Source of the DNA: Hormiphora californensis
Lineage: Eukaryota; Animalia; Ctenophora
Assembly (NCBI GenBank): GCA_020137815.1
Contig: CM035350.1
Span: 7,068,001-7,132,000 of the forward strand
Length of the DNA stretch: 64,000 nt
Reading direction: 5' to 3'
Part shown: positions 26,401-36,675 of the stretch, piece after piece
Numbering within the stretch: the stretch's first letter is position 1
Layout: every line of letters begins with the position of its first letter
Notes under the pieces: model-generated
Told to the model about the DNA's origin: nothing
The model's input: only the letters and a program-made list of their open reading frames with translations
Database searches by the model: none
Translations under genes and position numbers: made by a program

Positions 26401-26446
26401 CAGGAAGATAGAAGGAACGAGTTCTTATGCAGCGATAGAATGCTAG
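23403..26446 (+). CDS. Testican/SPOCK-like SPARC-family protein (Kazal/FS, extracellular Ca-binding EF-hands, thyroglobulin type-1). Exons 23403-23571, 24475-24565, 24689-24819, 25314-25433, 25615-25700, 25779-25893, 26024-26174 and 26383-26446. The 5' exon(s) were not resolved.
   Basis: All junctions are GT-AG and phase-compatible. Kazal: CFCATNRKTFRNQCEMAC..LHFGKC. EF-hands: WTFDHFDNDHNLKLDTDELS and CGEAFFRSCDKDFNGILREDEWAECL. TY domain: PC...QCEDDG...KQC...CW|CVD...IEGT...C*. Confidence 0.8.
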
Positions 26447-27679
26447 ATGCATGTGCTAGGAACTGTTTTTACCTTATTTCACGCTTTCTATTTATTTAAA
26501 CCATCTACAGTCAAATATCATTATATGTCTTCAGCTTCAGTCAGTTTGTGTGAGCCGGTTTTTTGGTTCAATTTGTCAAATTGTCGTCACGTAACGGTAT
26601 TCCAAAACAGTAAACACTGAGAAGTGTGAATGCCGTAGACTTTAGTTGCACCGGGTACAATAATCGTGATGCGTCCCCTAAAATAAATTCTTTTCTAGTT
26701 TTTTTTCTAGTTTCTTCTTTAATTTTCCTGGTGTATATGGACGGACAATAAACACAGTTTTTAATATTATTATTTTCTTGATCCCAGGCTAAAGCAGCCC
26801 TGGTATCCTACCAATCAAAAAATAATTTGACTATCTCTGAATCATTGCACATCGATGTGAGCCGTGAGGACAATGTTATATGCTATGATCGTTTGTATGT
26901 TTTCAGTTGCATGTTTTCGAAACTAAGTGTTCTTATCTATACTAACCATGATCTAGCGGGCCTTGACCAATCGCTACAATAATGAACAGGGTGCAGGTGT
27001 GGTAGCAAACTGGCAAAAAATCCCTCGCACACACCACAGCTGCTACTAGATAGATTTCTCCCGGACGACTCAGCGATCCAAACCAAACCACTTTTTTTAT
27101 TCCTGATATTTTCTCAGCACTACTATCGTTGAGCCGGGAGCCCCCTCTCCACCCCTACTTACTTAAAATGGCTGGTAATGAGGTGTTGGTCTGGGCTCGG
27201 TGTCGTCATGTCGGGCAGCGGGCTGTGGTTCGTTGCGACGTTGCCTTGGGTTCATCTATGTGTCAGTCACCTGCAGCTGGGTGTTTAAAGGCCTGTCATG
27301 TTTACAGTTTACACACTGCCAAAAGAAGTAACCTATCTAAAACTTCTAACCACTCAACCGTTTTGGCCCTAACCCTAAAAACCCGTGAGTGCTCTGTGCT
27401 GACACTCGTTTCCCGGCTTTTCTTCGCAACAACTTTTCTTCTTCTTTTCAGCTTCGCGCGTTACGTATAGTAATCGAAATAAACAAAAAACGGATTGTGC
27501 ACTGCGTATGAGCGCCGCGCGGTCAGAGCATTGGCATGCGCCGCGCCTGACGCTAAAAATTGCGAGGTTTAAAAAATTTTAAAGTCCATTTTTTTTCAAC
27601 TGTTCACCCCCCAAAGTCGTGCGCGGAATTGTTTTGCGCGTTTATCACATGTTAACGTGTAGCGTAAATTAAAATATCG

Positions 27680-29675
27680 GGTAAGTCGGAAGAACGTGTC
27701 CGTTTGTCTCATGAGGCCTCATGAGGCGCCTCATGAGACCTCATGAGGCACTCATGAGGCGCCTCATGAGGCCTCATGAGACATTTTCAGCTGTTTTAGT
27801 GCCTCATGAGGCCTCATGAGACATCATGAGGCGCCTCATGAGGCACTCATGAGGCCTCATGAGGCACTGCTCATGAGGCCTCATGAGACATGTGTACGGT
27901 GGCAGATTCCGGCCAAGAGTTTTTTTCAATCAAGTGAAATATTTTTGTTTAAAGTTTGATAAAAATTTTATTTCAAAATAAAAATAAACATGTCGTTAAA
28001 ATTATTGGCCGGAATCTGCCACGCGGGTGGCAGATTCCGGCCAAGATTCTCAAAAAACCTTGGCCAGAATCTGCCACACACGTGGCAGATTCTGGCCAAC
28101 CAACTAAAACTTGTTTATATCAAAGCGAAAACGACAGTACCCGACTAATTTTGATACGCTGAATCACGTAAGATACTTTTCCAATCCCTCAGAGGTCGGG
28201 AAAGTGTCATAATTGACCATAATTGGGTCTAATTGACCCCATTTACAACTTTTCGCCTTAAAACGATAGTCGCTTATGTGAAGGCACTTATCCGACTAAT
28301 TTTGATACGCTCAATGACGTAAGCAACTTTTCCAAGTCCTCAGAGATCGGCAAAGTGCCCTAATTGAGCAATTAAGGCTAATTAGACCCAATTATACCCA
28401 ATTAAGGCATTTTCCCGACCTCGGAGGACTTGGAAAAGTTGCTTACGTGATTCAGCGTATCAAAATTAGTCGGAAAAGTGCCTTCACATAAGCGACTATC
28501 GTTTTAAGGCGAAAAGTTGTAAGTGGGGTCAATTAGACCCAATTATGGTCAATTATGACACTTTCCCGACCTCTGAGGGATTGGAAAAGTATCTTACGTG
28601 ATTCAGCGTATCAAAATTAGTCGGGTACTGTCGTTTTCGCTTTGATATAAACAAGTTTTAGTTGGTTGGCCAGAATCTGCCACGTGTGTGGCAGATTCTG
28701 GCCAAGGTTTTTTGAGAATCTTGGCCGGAATCTGCCACCCGCGTGGCAGATTCCGGCCAATAATTTTAACGACATGTTTATTTTTATTTTGAAATAAAAT
28801 TTTTATCAAACTTTAAACAAAAATATTTCACTTGATTGAAAAAAACTCTTGGCCGGAATCTGCCACCGTACATGTGCCTCATCCCGACTTTGTTTTGATG
28901 TCTCATGAGGCCTCATGAGCAGTTTTGACATGAGGCATGTCTCATGAGGCCTCATGAGGCATATCTCATGATACCTTAAGGTAGTATAGCTATAGGATTG
29001 GGGTTAGGGTTAGGGTTAGGGTTAGAGTTAGGACCGGGTTTCGGTTCCAGTTAGGAGTACGAACCTAACCACTAAGCCCTAACCACTAAGCCTAGGGGTT
29101 AACCCCAACCAATAGGCGTAGGCCTAGAAGTCTATCCTTAACCCTAACACTAACCCTAACCTTAATCCTAATACCAACCTAAAGTTAGGGTTAGGATTAG
29201 TGTTTGGGTTAAGGATTGAACCCTAGGCCTTGGACCTAGGTTTATCATATTGTCATTAAAGTTTGGGGTTAACTAGTAGTTAGGCTCGTACCCCTAACTG
29301 GAACCGAAACCCGGTGCTAACTCTAACCCTAGCCTTAACCCTATGGCTATACTAACTCTAAGGTGTCATGAGATATGCCTCATGAGGCCTCATGAGACAT
29401 GCCTCATGTCAAAACTGCTCATGAGGCCTCATGAGACATCAAAACAAAGTCGGGATGAGGCACATGTCTCATGAGGCCTCATGAGCAGTGTCTCATGAGG
29501 CCTCATGAGGCCTCATGAGTGCCTCATGAGGCGCCTCATGAGGCCTCATGAGGCCTCATGAGGCACTAAAACAGCTGAAAATGTCTCATGAGGCCTCATG
29601 AGGCGCCTCATGAGTGCCTCATGAGGTCTCATGAGGCGCCTCATGAGACAAACGGACACGTTCTTCCGACTTACC
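27680..29675. mobile_element. Palindromic non-autonomous DNA transposon with GG..CC termini and an 8 bp TSD (Merlin- or MULE-like), carrying (ctcatgagg) subterminal arrays and a telomere-like core
   Basis: TIR ggtaagtcggaagaacgtgtccgtttgtctcatgagg. TSD aaatatcg at 27672-27679 and 29676-29683. Degenerate ttaggg/ccctaa tracts at about 28997-29345. Confidence 0.85.
27895..28870. mobile_element. 976 bp near-perfect palindromic MITE with TACGG..CCGTA termini and a 6 bp TSD (IS3EU-like), nested in the previous element
   Basis: TSD catgtg at 27889-27894 and 28871-28876. The empty site is visible in the host's mirror arm near 29451-29475. Identical 68-aa ORFs occur on both strands. Confidence 0.85.
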
Positions 29676-31381
29676 AAATATCGCACGCGCACGAGTTGAG
29701 GGGTGAACAGTTGAATAAAAATGGACTTTATTGCAGACTGGGGTTGGAATGCGCTGCAGCCCCCTCATGCGCGCACCCCCGCAACGAGGGGACTGGAGGG
29801 AATGCCGCGCGCGCGTTTGGCCTGAGCCCGGCTGGGTCGAAAATAACTTTGCGGTCGAAAAAACGGCGGTGCTTATAACTTTGGCCCCTGAAGTCCGTTT
29901 TGCTTGATTCTTTCACTAGCTGTTAGATCTGACAATTATCTACCTTGCTGTTTTTGAGAGAAGTTAATTGGACTTGAGGAGGCTGAGCAATAGCCGTTCA
30001 AAGATTGGTTGTTTTCAAAAAGTGACGTCACAGGTCCCTGCAGGGACACTTTGTTTCAAATTTGAATTAAAATCTCGAAATTTTTTATTTTACCGCACTC
30101 GATTTTGCGGAGTTTGGTTCATATCTCCTGTTCCTGATAAGATAGAGACCTGAAACCGGTTGCATTTGAAAGCTGTTATCTTCTTCTTTCCAACGCTACC
30201 AAAACGATTTCTGTACCCTATCTGGAACCGGAGATATGATTGATTATGTATTCCCCCCCCCCCAGGCCCCAGCGCGGTATTCCCTCCAGGCCCCTTATAT
30301 TATATTATAAGGGGCCTGCAACGTATGCCAACTTCTGGGGCTCCTCGCGGTCTCCCAGCGCCTCTAAATGTGGTTTTGATTTATCTTGATTTAAAAATTA
30401 GCAGCACACTCGGGACTAAGAGCTGTTTTGATCTGTAATTGGTCGCCGTGCTCGACCTGAACATTTCCATGGTAACTCATGAACTGTCTGGGCTCTCGCG
30501 GGGTCGACCCGGCTTCAGATTTGAGCAAACTTTCACGTGTTTTAAGAATCACAACGGGATCTGCCGCCGCTAAAAAAGAAGTTAGTCTCTTGTCCCACCG
30601 CACCGGGTGACGTTCGGCACTACGCAGAGCGACGTCAGCAATCGGATCACGCTGTGATGATTTGTCCTCTATTATGCTTGGATCCACTGTGACAGATCTC
30701 TGGTCCACAGATCTCTGATCTTATTAGTACCGTTCTGTAAGATAGGTGGTGCTTCATGTCGATGTTATGTTAGCAGCACCTCCGTAGGAAGTTCAGCTTC
30801 CTCTGCGAATTGTTTATACTACTGCACAGTCGTAACGGCACTGTTGATATAACGTGCTTCTTTTTATCTACGGACTACGTATGGCGTGATTATTTGGGTG
30901 AACCCTCTTCTTAAATGAACTTAAGTACAAATCAGGGTGTTCATATAGCCATCAAATTTCACGAGTCAATGTTCTCCCGTTTATGCCTTCCCCAATATCA
31001 CAGTACGGGGTTAATAACTTTTAAATCACGTGACTAGCACATGTGATGTCTCCGCTATATTGTTACTGTGGATATTACATACCTTCCCTCTCCGCCTGCT
31101 GTCGTACCCGAATATTATATTCCCATTATTCACAAGGAGTTTAACTCTCGTGTCTCTCTCTCTCAGATTCTTCTGAATGATATTCTATCTGGCTAATGTC
31201 GAAATTTGATTCTTCCTTATCTCCAGCAGTTTTGGATTTCTTTTTTGTACCCGAACCCTTTGTTTGTTTTCCGTGTTCCACCACGTATCCTCTCCCTATT
31301 GCCACATTGTTGTTTCCACCCCGTCCGCCACAATATATTGTTATTCTATTCACACTATTCTTTCTAATTCTTTCTCTAGCT

Positions 31382-32047
31382 ATGGTTGTTACCCTAGGGT
31401 ATTGGGGTATCCGTGCACTGGGTGAGCCTGCTCGACTTATTCTCCGATATGTTGATGCAGACTGGACTGAGACGACCATCCCGCCTACCAAGGAGGGTGC
31501 TGGTATGTGGTTTGGGGGCTTGAAACAGAGTCTCGGCCTCGACTTTCCCAACCTCCCCTACCTGATCGATGGAGAGGTGAGGTTAACTGAGTCGACAGCA
31601 ATATACCGGTATCTGGGTAGAAAGTACGACCTCATGCCTGGAGATGTTATACGAGGCGACCTGGCAGAACAGCTTGTCACTGGACTGCGAACCTACATAA
31701 CCAAGATAGCGTATAGTGGGGAGTTTGAGAAATCAAAACCTCGGTTTGTTACCCTCATCAACACTAGACTTGCTGAGTTTACCAAGTTCCTGGGCGATGG
31801 CCCCTTCCTTTTCGGAGACAAAGTCACCTACGTAGATTTCATGGCTTTTGAGTTTTGGGATCAGTGTCGCCGATTGAGTCCCGATAGTTTTGAAGGGATG
31901 AATGTGGTAAATGGGTACTTGGAGAGGGTTGCAAACCTGCCTAGAATTAAAGAGTGGATTGAGAGTGAAGACTGTACGAGGAAGACGTACAGCATCAATT
32001 CACCACTTTGCGCATGGCCTGGCTTTCCCGAAGAAGTAAACAAATAG
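31382..32047 (+). CDS. Glutathione S-transferase, mu-class-like, copy 1 (intronless)
   Basis: MVVTLGYWGIRALGEPARLILRY, LGLDFPNLPYLIDGEVRLTESTAIYRYLGRKY and GDKVTYVDF. The likely ATG at 31382 follows a pyrimidine-rich AG. Confidence 0.93.
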   Translation: MVVTLGYWGIRALGEPARLILRYVDADWTETTIPPTKEGAGMWFGGLKQSLGLDFPNLPYLIDGEVRLTESTAIYRYLGRKYDLMPGDVIRGDLAEQLVTGLRTYITKIAYSGEFEKSKPRFVTLINTRLAEFTKFLGDGPFLFGDKVTYVDFMAFEFWDQCRRLSPDSFEGMNVVNGYLERVANLPRIKEWIESEDCTRKTYSINSPLCAWPGFPEEVNK

Positions 32048-32221
32048 ATGTTAATCAAATTTTTAATGTTTCATCGTTTTTAATTGTTTGATTTTATGTT
32101 TAACTTTTGTTGCTGATTAATTTTATGATAATTAGTAAAGTATTATGTAATGATTTATAATATATTATTTAATGTTTAATACCACATCTTAAAGTTGTTT
32201 AATATAGTCTCTAACACCCAA

Positions 32222-33574
32222 TAGGCCAGTCATATGACGTTGTGAAATGGAACTAATTGATCTAAAAGTGATTCCACTTCCAGGGCACTTCAATGGGTCT
32301 CTACAACCACCAAAAAAATTTACCGCGGGTACTGCGATGGAGAAATCGGTCATTTCCGGGTTTATTTTGCACCTGCATAAAGATAGCCTAGGACGAATGC
32401 GATATACGGTAAAAACCGTCTTTGGAAACAAGTAGAAAAGAAATCAAGGGCACTAAAGTGTGTAGCGTCCTCGCATTAGTGGGGGTAGGTGCTGGAATTA
32501 AGTCTCTATCTTATCACGTTAATTAGATAATTGGATAATTAGATGCGCACATAGCCGTTTTATGGTTATACGGTAAAAACCATCTTTGGAAAGGAGTAGA
32601 GAAAAAACCGAGGGTACTAGAGTGATCAGCGTCCTCGAATTAGTGGGGGTAGGTACCCAAATTAAGTTCCTATCTCATCGCGTTAATTAGATAATTGGAT
32701 AATTAGGTATGCGCATAACCGTTTTTAGGTTACATGGCTATAGCCACTTAGGAATGGTTTAGAGACTTTTCATTGGTGCCATTTTGTAGGCAATAGCCAA
32801 GTTATGGGGGGTCGAAGTCGGACTTTTAAGCTCTATATTCAACCATTTAGCCGTTATATGGCTTTAAAGGTGCTCAAAATCGGTCTTTTTACCACTTTTT
32901 TGCTCATTTTGAGCACCTTATATGCCAAATAACGGCTAAACGGTTGAATATAGAGCTTAAAAGTCCGACGTCGACCCCCAATAACTTGGCTATTGCCTAC
33001 AAAATGGCACCAATGAAAAGTCTCTAAACCATTCCTAAGTGGCTATAGCCATGTAACCTAAAAACGGTCATGCGCATACCTAATTATCCAATTATCTAAT
33101 TAACGCGATGAGATAGGAACTTAATTTTAGTACCTACCCCCACTAATTCGAGGACGCTGATCACTCTAGTACCCTCGGTTTTTCCTCTACTCCTTTCCAA
33201 ATATGGTTTTTACCGTATAACCATAAAACGGCTATGTGCGCATCTAATTATCCAATTATCTAATTAACCTGATAAGATAGAGACTTAATTCCAGCACCTA
33301 CCCCCACTAATGCGAGGACGCTACACACTTTAGTGCCCTTGATTTCTTTTCTACTTGTTTCCAAAGACGGTTTTTACCGTATATCGCATTCGTCCTAGCC
33401 TATATTTATGCAGGTGCAAAATAAACCCGGAAATGACCGATTTCTCCATCGCGGTACCCGCGGTAAATTTTTTTGGTGGTTGTAGAGACCCATTGGAGGG
33501 CCCTGGAAGTGGAATCGCTTTTAGATCAATTACTTCCTTTTTCAGCGATATATCGACGTCATATGACTGGCCTA
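32222..33574. mobile_element. 1.35 kb palindromic MITE with TAG..CTA termini and a 3 bp TSD (Academ-like)
   Basis: caa|taggccagtcatatgacgt...acgtcatatgactggccta|caa. The uninterrupted site aacacccaaccatccc is present in the duplicated unit at 34561-34576. Confidence 0.85.
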
Positions 33575-33729
33575 CAACCATCCCTTTGAAATATCAAATA
33601 TCTAACACTCCCATCTTTCTCTCTCCAACTAATATCTCCATCCCCCTATTGCCACATTGTTGTTTCCACACCTTCCGCCACAATATATTGTTATTATATT
33701 CTCACTATTCTTTCTATCTCTCTATAGCT

Positions 33730-34395
33730 ATGGTTGTTACCCTAGGGTATTGGGGTATCCGTGCACTGGGTGAGCCTGCTCGACTTATTCTCCGATATGT
33801 TGATGCAGATTGGACTGAGACGACCATCCCGCCTACCAAGGAGGGTGCTGGTATGTGGTTTGGGGGCTTGAAACAGAGTCTCGGCCTCGACTTTCCCAAC
33901 CTCCCCTACCTGATCGATGGAGAGGTGAAGTTAACTGAGTCGACAGCAATATACCGGTATCTGGGTAGAAAGTACGATCTCATGCCTGGAGATGTTATAA
34001 GGGGCGACCTGGCAGAACAGCTAGTCACTGGACTGAGAACCTACATAACCAAGATAGCGTATAGTGGAGAGTTTGAGAAATCAAAACCCCGGTTTGTTAC
34101 CCTCATCAACACTAGACTTGCTGAGTTTACTAAGTTCCTGGGCGATGGCCCCTTCCTTTTTGGAGACAAAGTCACCTACGTAGATTTCATGGCTTTTGAG
34201 TTTTGGGATCAGTGTCGCCGATTGAGTCCCGATAGTTTTGAAGGGAAGGATGTGGTAAATGGGTACTTGGAGAGGGTTGCAAGCCTGCCTAGAATTAAAG
34301 AGTGGATTGAGAGTGAAGACTGTACGAGGAAGACGTACAGCATCAATTCACCACTTTGCGCTTGGCCTGGCTTTCCCGAAGAAGTAAACAAATAG
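33730..34395 (+). CDS. Glutathione S-transferase, mu-class-like, copy 2 (recent tandem duplicate of copy 1)
   Basis: Nearly identical to copy 1, differing at only a few residues (R/K, MN/KD, N/S). The flanks are also duplicated. Confidence 0.93.
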   Translation: MVVTLGYWGIRALGEPARLILRYVDADWTETTIPPTKEGAGMWFGGLKQSLGLDFPNLPYLIDGEVKLTESTAIYRYLGRKYDLMPGDVIRGDLAEQLVTGLRTYITKIAYSGEFEKSKPRFVTLINTRLAEFTKFLGDGPFLFGDKVTYVDFMAFEFWDQCRRLSPDSFEGKDVVNGYLERVASLPRIKEWIESEDCTRKTYSINSPLCAWPGFPEEVNK

Positions 34396-34617
34396 ATGTT
34401 AATCAAATTTTTAATGTTTCATCGTTTTTAATTGTTTGATTTTATGTTTAACTTTTGTTGCTGATTAATTTTATGATAATTAGTAAAGTATTATGTAATG
34501 ATTTATAATATATTATTTAATGTTTAATACCACATCTTAAAGTTGTTTAATATAGTCTCTAACACCCAACCATCCCTTTGAAATATCAAATATCTAACAC
34601 TCCCATCTTTCTCTCTC

Positions 34618-34800
34618 CAACTAATATCTCCATCCCCCTGATCTAGCGCCCTCAAACTAATATCTCCTTCCCCCTTCATCTAGCACCCTCAAACTAATAT
34701 CCCCCCTATCTAGCACTCTCTAAGTTCAAACTAATATCTCCTTCCCCCTGATCTAGCACCCTCAAACTAATATCTCCTTCCCCCCTGATCTAGCATCCTC
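34618..34800 (+). repeat. Tandem repeat of about 36 bp (caaactaatatctccttccccctgatctagcaccct) just upstream of the third GST
   Basis: About five degenerate copies, each with ctaat, a pyrimidine tract and TAG. Confidence 0.8.
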
Positions 34801-34809
34801 CTCTACACC

Positions 34810-35457
34810 ATGGAACTTGGATACTGGGCACTTCGGGGGCTAGGGGAGCCCAGCAGGCTGCTCCTCAGATATAAGGGTGTCGAGTTTAAGGATGCTACCA
34901 TTCCCCTGACTGACGAGGGAGCTGGAAAGTGGTTCGGTGAAACTAAGGAGAATCTCGGTCTGGACTTTCCCAACCTTCCCTACCTTATTGATGGAGATGT
35001 CAAGATCACTGAGTCCCTCGCCATTATCAGGTACCTGGGCCGCAAGTTTGATATGATGCCGGATGACCTTGCCAAGGGAGACATGATGGAATTGGTGATC
35101 CAGTCACAGAGGATGGACCTCGGTAAAATCTCGTACAGCGCTGATTTTGAAAACCTCAAAGAGGGGTTCATCACAAAGTTGAAAGTCTTCCTGGAGAGGT
35201 TTGCGAAATTCGTTGTCAAGCCTTTCATCTTCGGAAGCAAGGTCACCTACATTGATATCTTGGCGTACGAGTATCTGGATCATATCCGGGCCCTGACTCC
35301 GGAAAGTTTCACTGGTGAGGTGAGTGAGTACATGCAGCGGGTTGCAGATCTGCCCAACATCGCTGAATGGTTGAAGAGTGAGGAGTGCACCAACAAAACC
35401 TACACCATCAACTCTCCTAAAGCTCCCGGCTGGCCTGGCTTCCCCAACAAGGCTTAG
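34810..35457 (+). CDS. Glutathione S-transferase, mu-class-like, copy 3 (older paralogue)
   Basis: MELGYWALRGLGEPSRLLLRY, LGLDFPNLPYLIDGDVKITESLAIIRYLGRKF and GSKVTYID. Confidence 0.93.
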   Translation: MELGYWALRGLGEPSRLLLRYKGVEFKDATIPLTDEGAGKWFGETKENLGLDFPNLPYLIDGDVKITESLAIIRYLGRKFDMMPDDLAKGDMMELVIQSQRMDLGKISYSADFENLKEGFITKLKVFLERFAKFVVKPFIFGSKVTYIDILAYEYLDHIRALTPESFTGEVSEYMQRVADLPNIAEWLKSEECTNKTYTINSPKAPGWPGFPNKA

Positions 35458-36675
35458 AGAGGACTGTATTATCATGTTTAGCGTTCTGTATAACTCCGTT
35501 GTTTAGGAGGTTTTAGTCACTTTGTGTTTATTGCTATATTTAGCAAGCTTAAATAGGTTCAGAAGACATCTTTTTATGTGTGCATTATAATTCAATCTTC
35601 ATTTACTTAAATTTAAGACACATTTATCGAACAACTTAGTTTTGAATTGTATCCACACAATAGCGACATAACTAACTCCTAACACCTGTACAACCTCTCC
35701 AGATGAATGTAGTGGTGATGGTGGTCCTCGTCCTGCTCTCCCTATTTCTCCTCCTGTGTTTCACACTGTTCCTCTTCCCGACTCTCCTTCACAGGCTCCA
35801 TATGCCACCCTCACTCCACTTTGCGGCACATCGGGGTGGCGCTGGGGAGCGGCTTGAGAACACAATGGCCGCATTTGATAATGCCGTTAGTTTGGGGGTG
35901 GATATGTTAGAGATAGATGTACAGTTGACCCTAGATGGGGTAGTTGTCGTTGCCCATGACAATCAACTAGGTAGAATCACGGGACAAGTCGGTCTAATCT
36001 CAGAGACAGAATTCACTGATTTACCCCCCTTGAACAATAATTTACGGCTCCAGTTTGATTCTGTGACATGTTTAAGTCCTCAAGAGGACAGGTCGTTCTG
36101 TACTTTAGATGCTCTATTCACCCGGCACCGTGATATTACAATCCATATAGACACCAAGGGAGGGGAACGGGATTTGGTTGAGGCAGTTTCAGATCTGGTT
36201 GAGAAACATGGTCGCTATGGTAACACAATATGGGGTAACATGAGCGAGAAAGGAGCTGAAGTTGGGAATGATGTTAACCCTCGTGTTTTAGAATTCATGT
36301 CTATTAGACGGGTGATCCTCACCTACATTTCCTTCTACACTGGCACTCTTGGTCTGGTTCCTATCAGGGCCTGTGTAATGGACATTCCTTTACCGGCGGT
36401 TGTTTTCAGACAGTTTAAAGACTATCTTTCAACTCCACAGCGAGTTTTACTTCACGTATTGGGTTTCCTCCTCATGAACAGGGTCCTCTTCTGGCATCTC
36501 AGGAGACGGGGGATCAAAGTTGTGGTGTTTGTTCTTAATAGGGAGGAGGAGTTTAAAGAGGCGGTGGGATGGGGTGTTGATGGGATTCAGGCTTTTCGGC
36601 ACTACTTTAAACAAATTAATTTGAGGACGCAATGTTCTTGGATTAACAGCCTGTTTTAGCCATGGAGTTTTAGGA

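Noticed and set aside
27956-28809. Identical 68-aa ORFs on opposite strands (also the pairs at 22212/22816 and 32247/33351)
   Set aside because: They are mirror images from MITE inverted repeats, with no protein motifs.
28997-29345. True telomere or chromosome-fusion site
   Set aside because: The tracts are short, degenerate and enclosed in a TSD-flanked transposon.
33355-33729. Long N-terminal extensions on the GST ORFs (also 31196-31381)
   Set aside because: These are open frames running through MITE or intergenic sequence. The two copies have different extensions, and GST similarity starts at MVVTLGYW.
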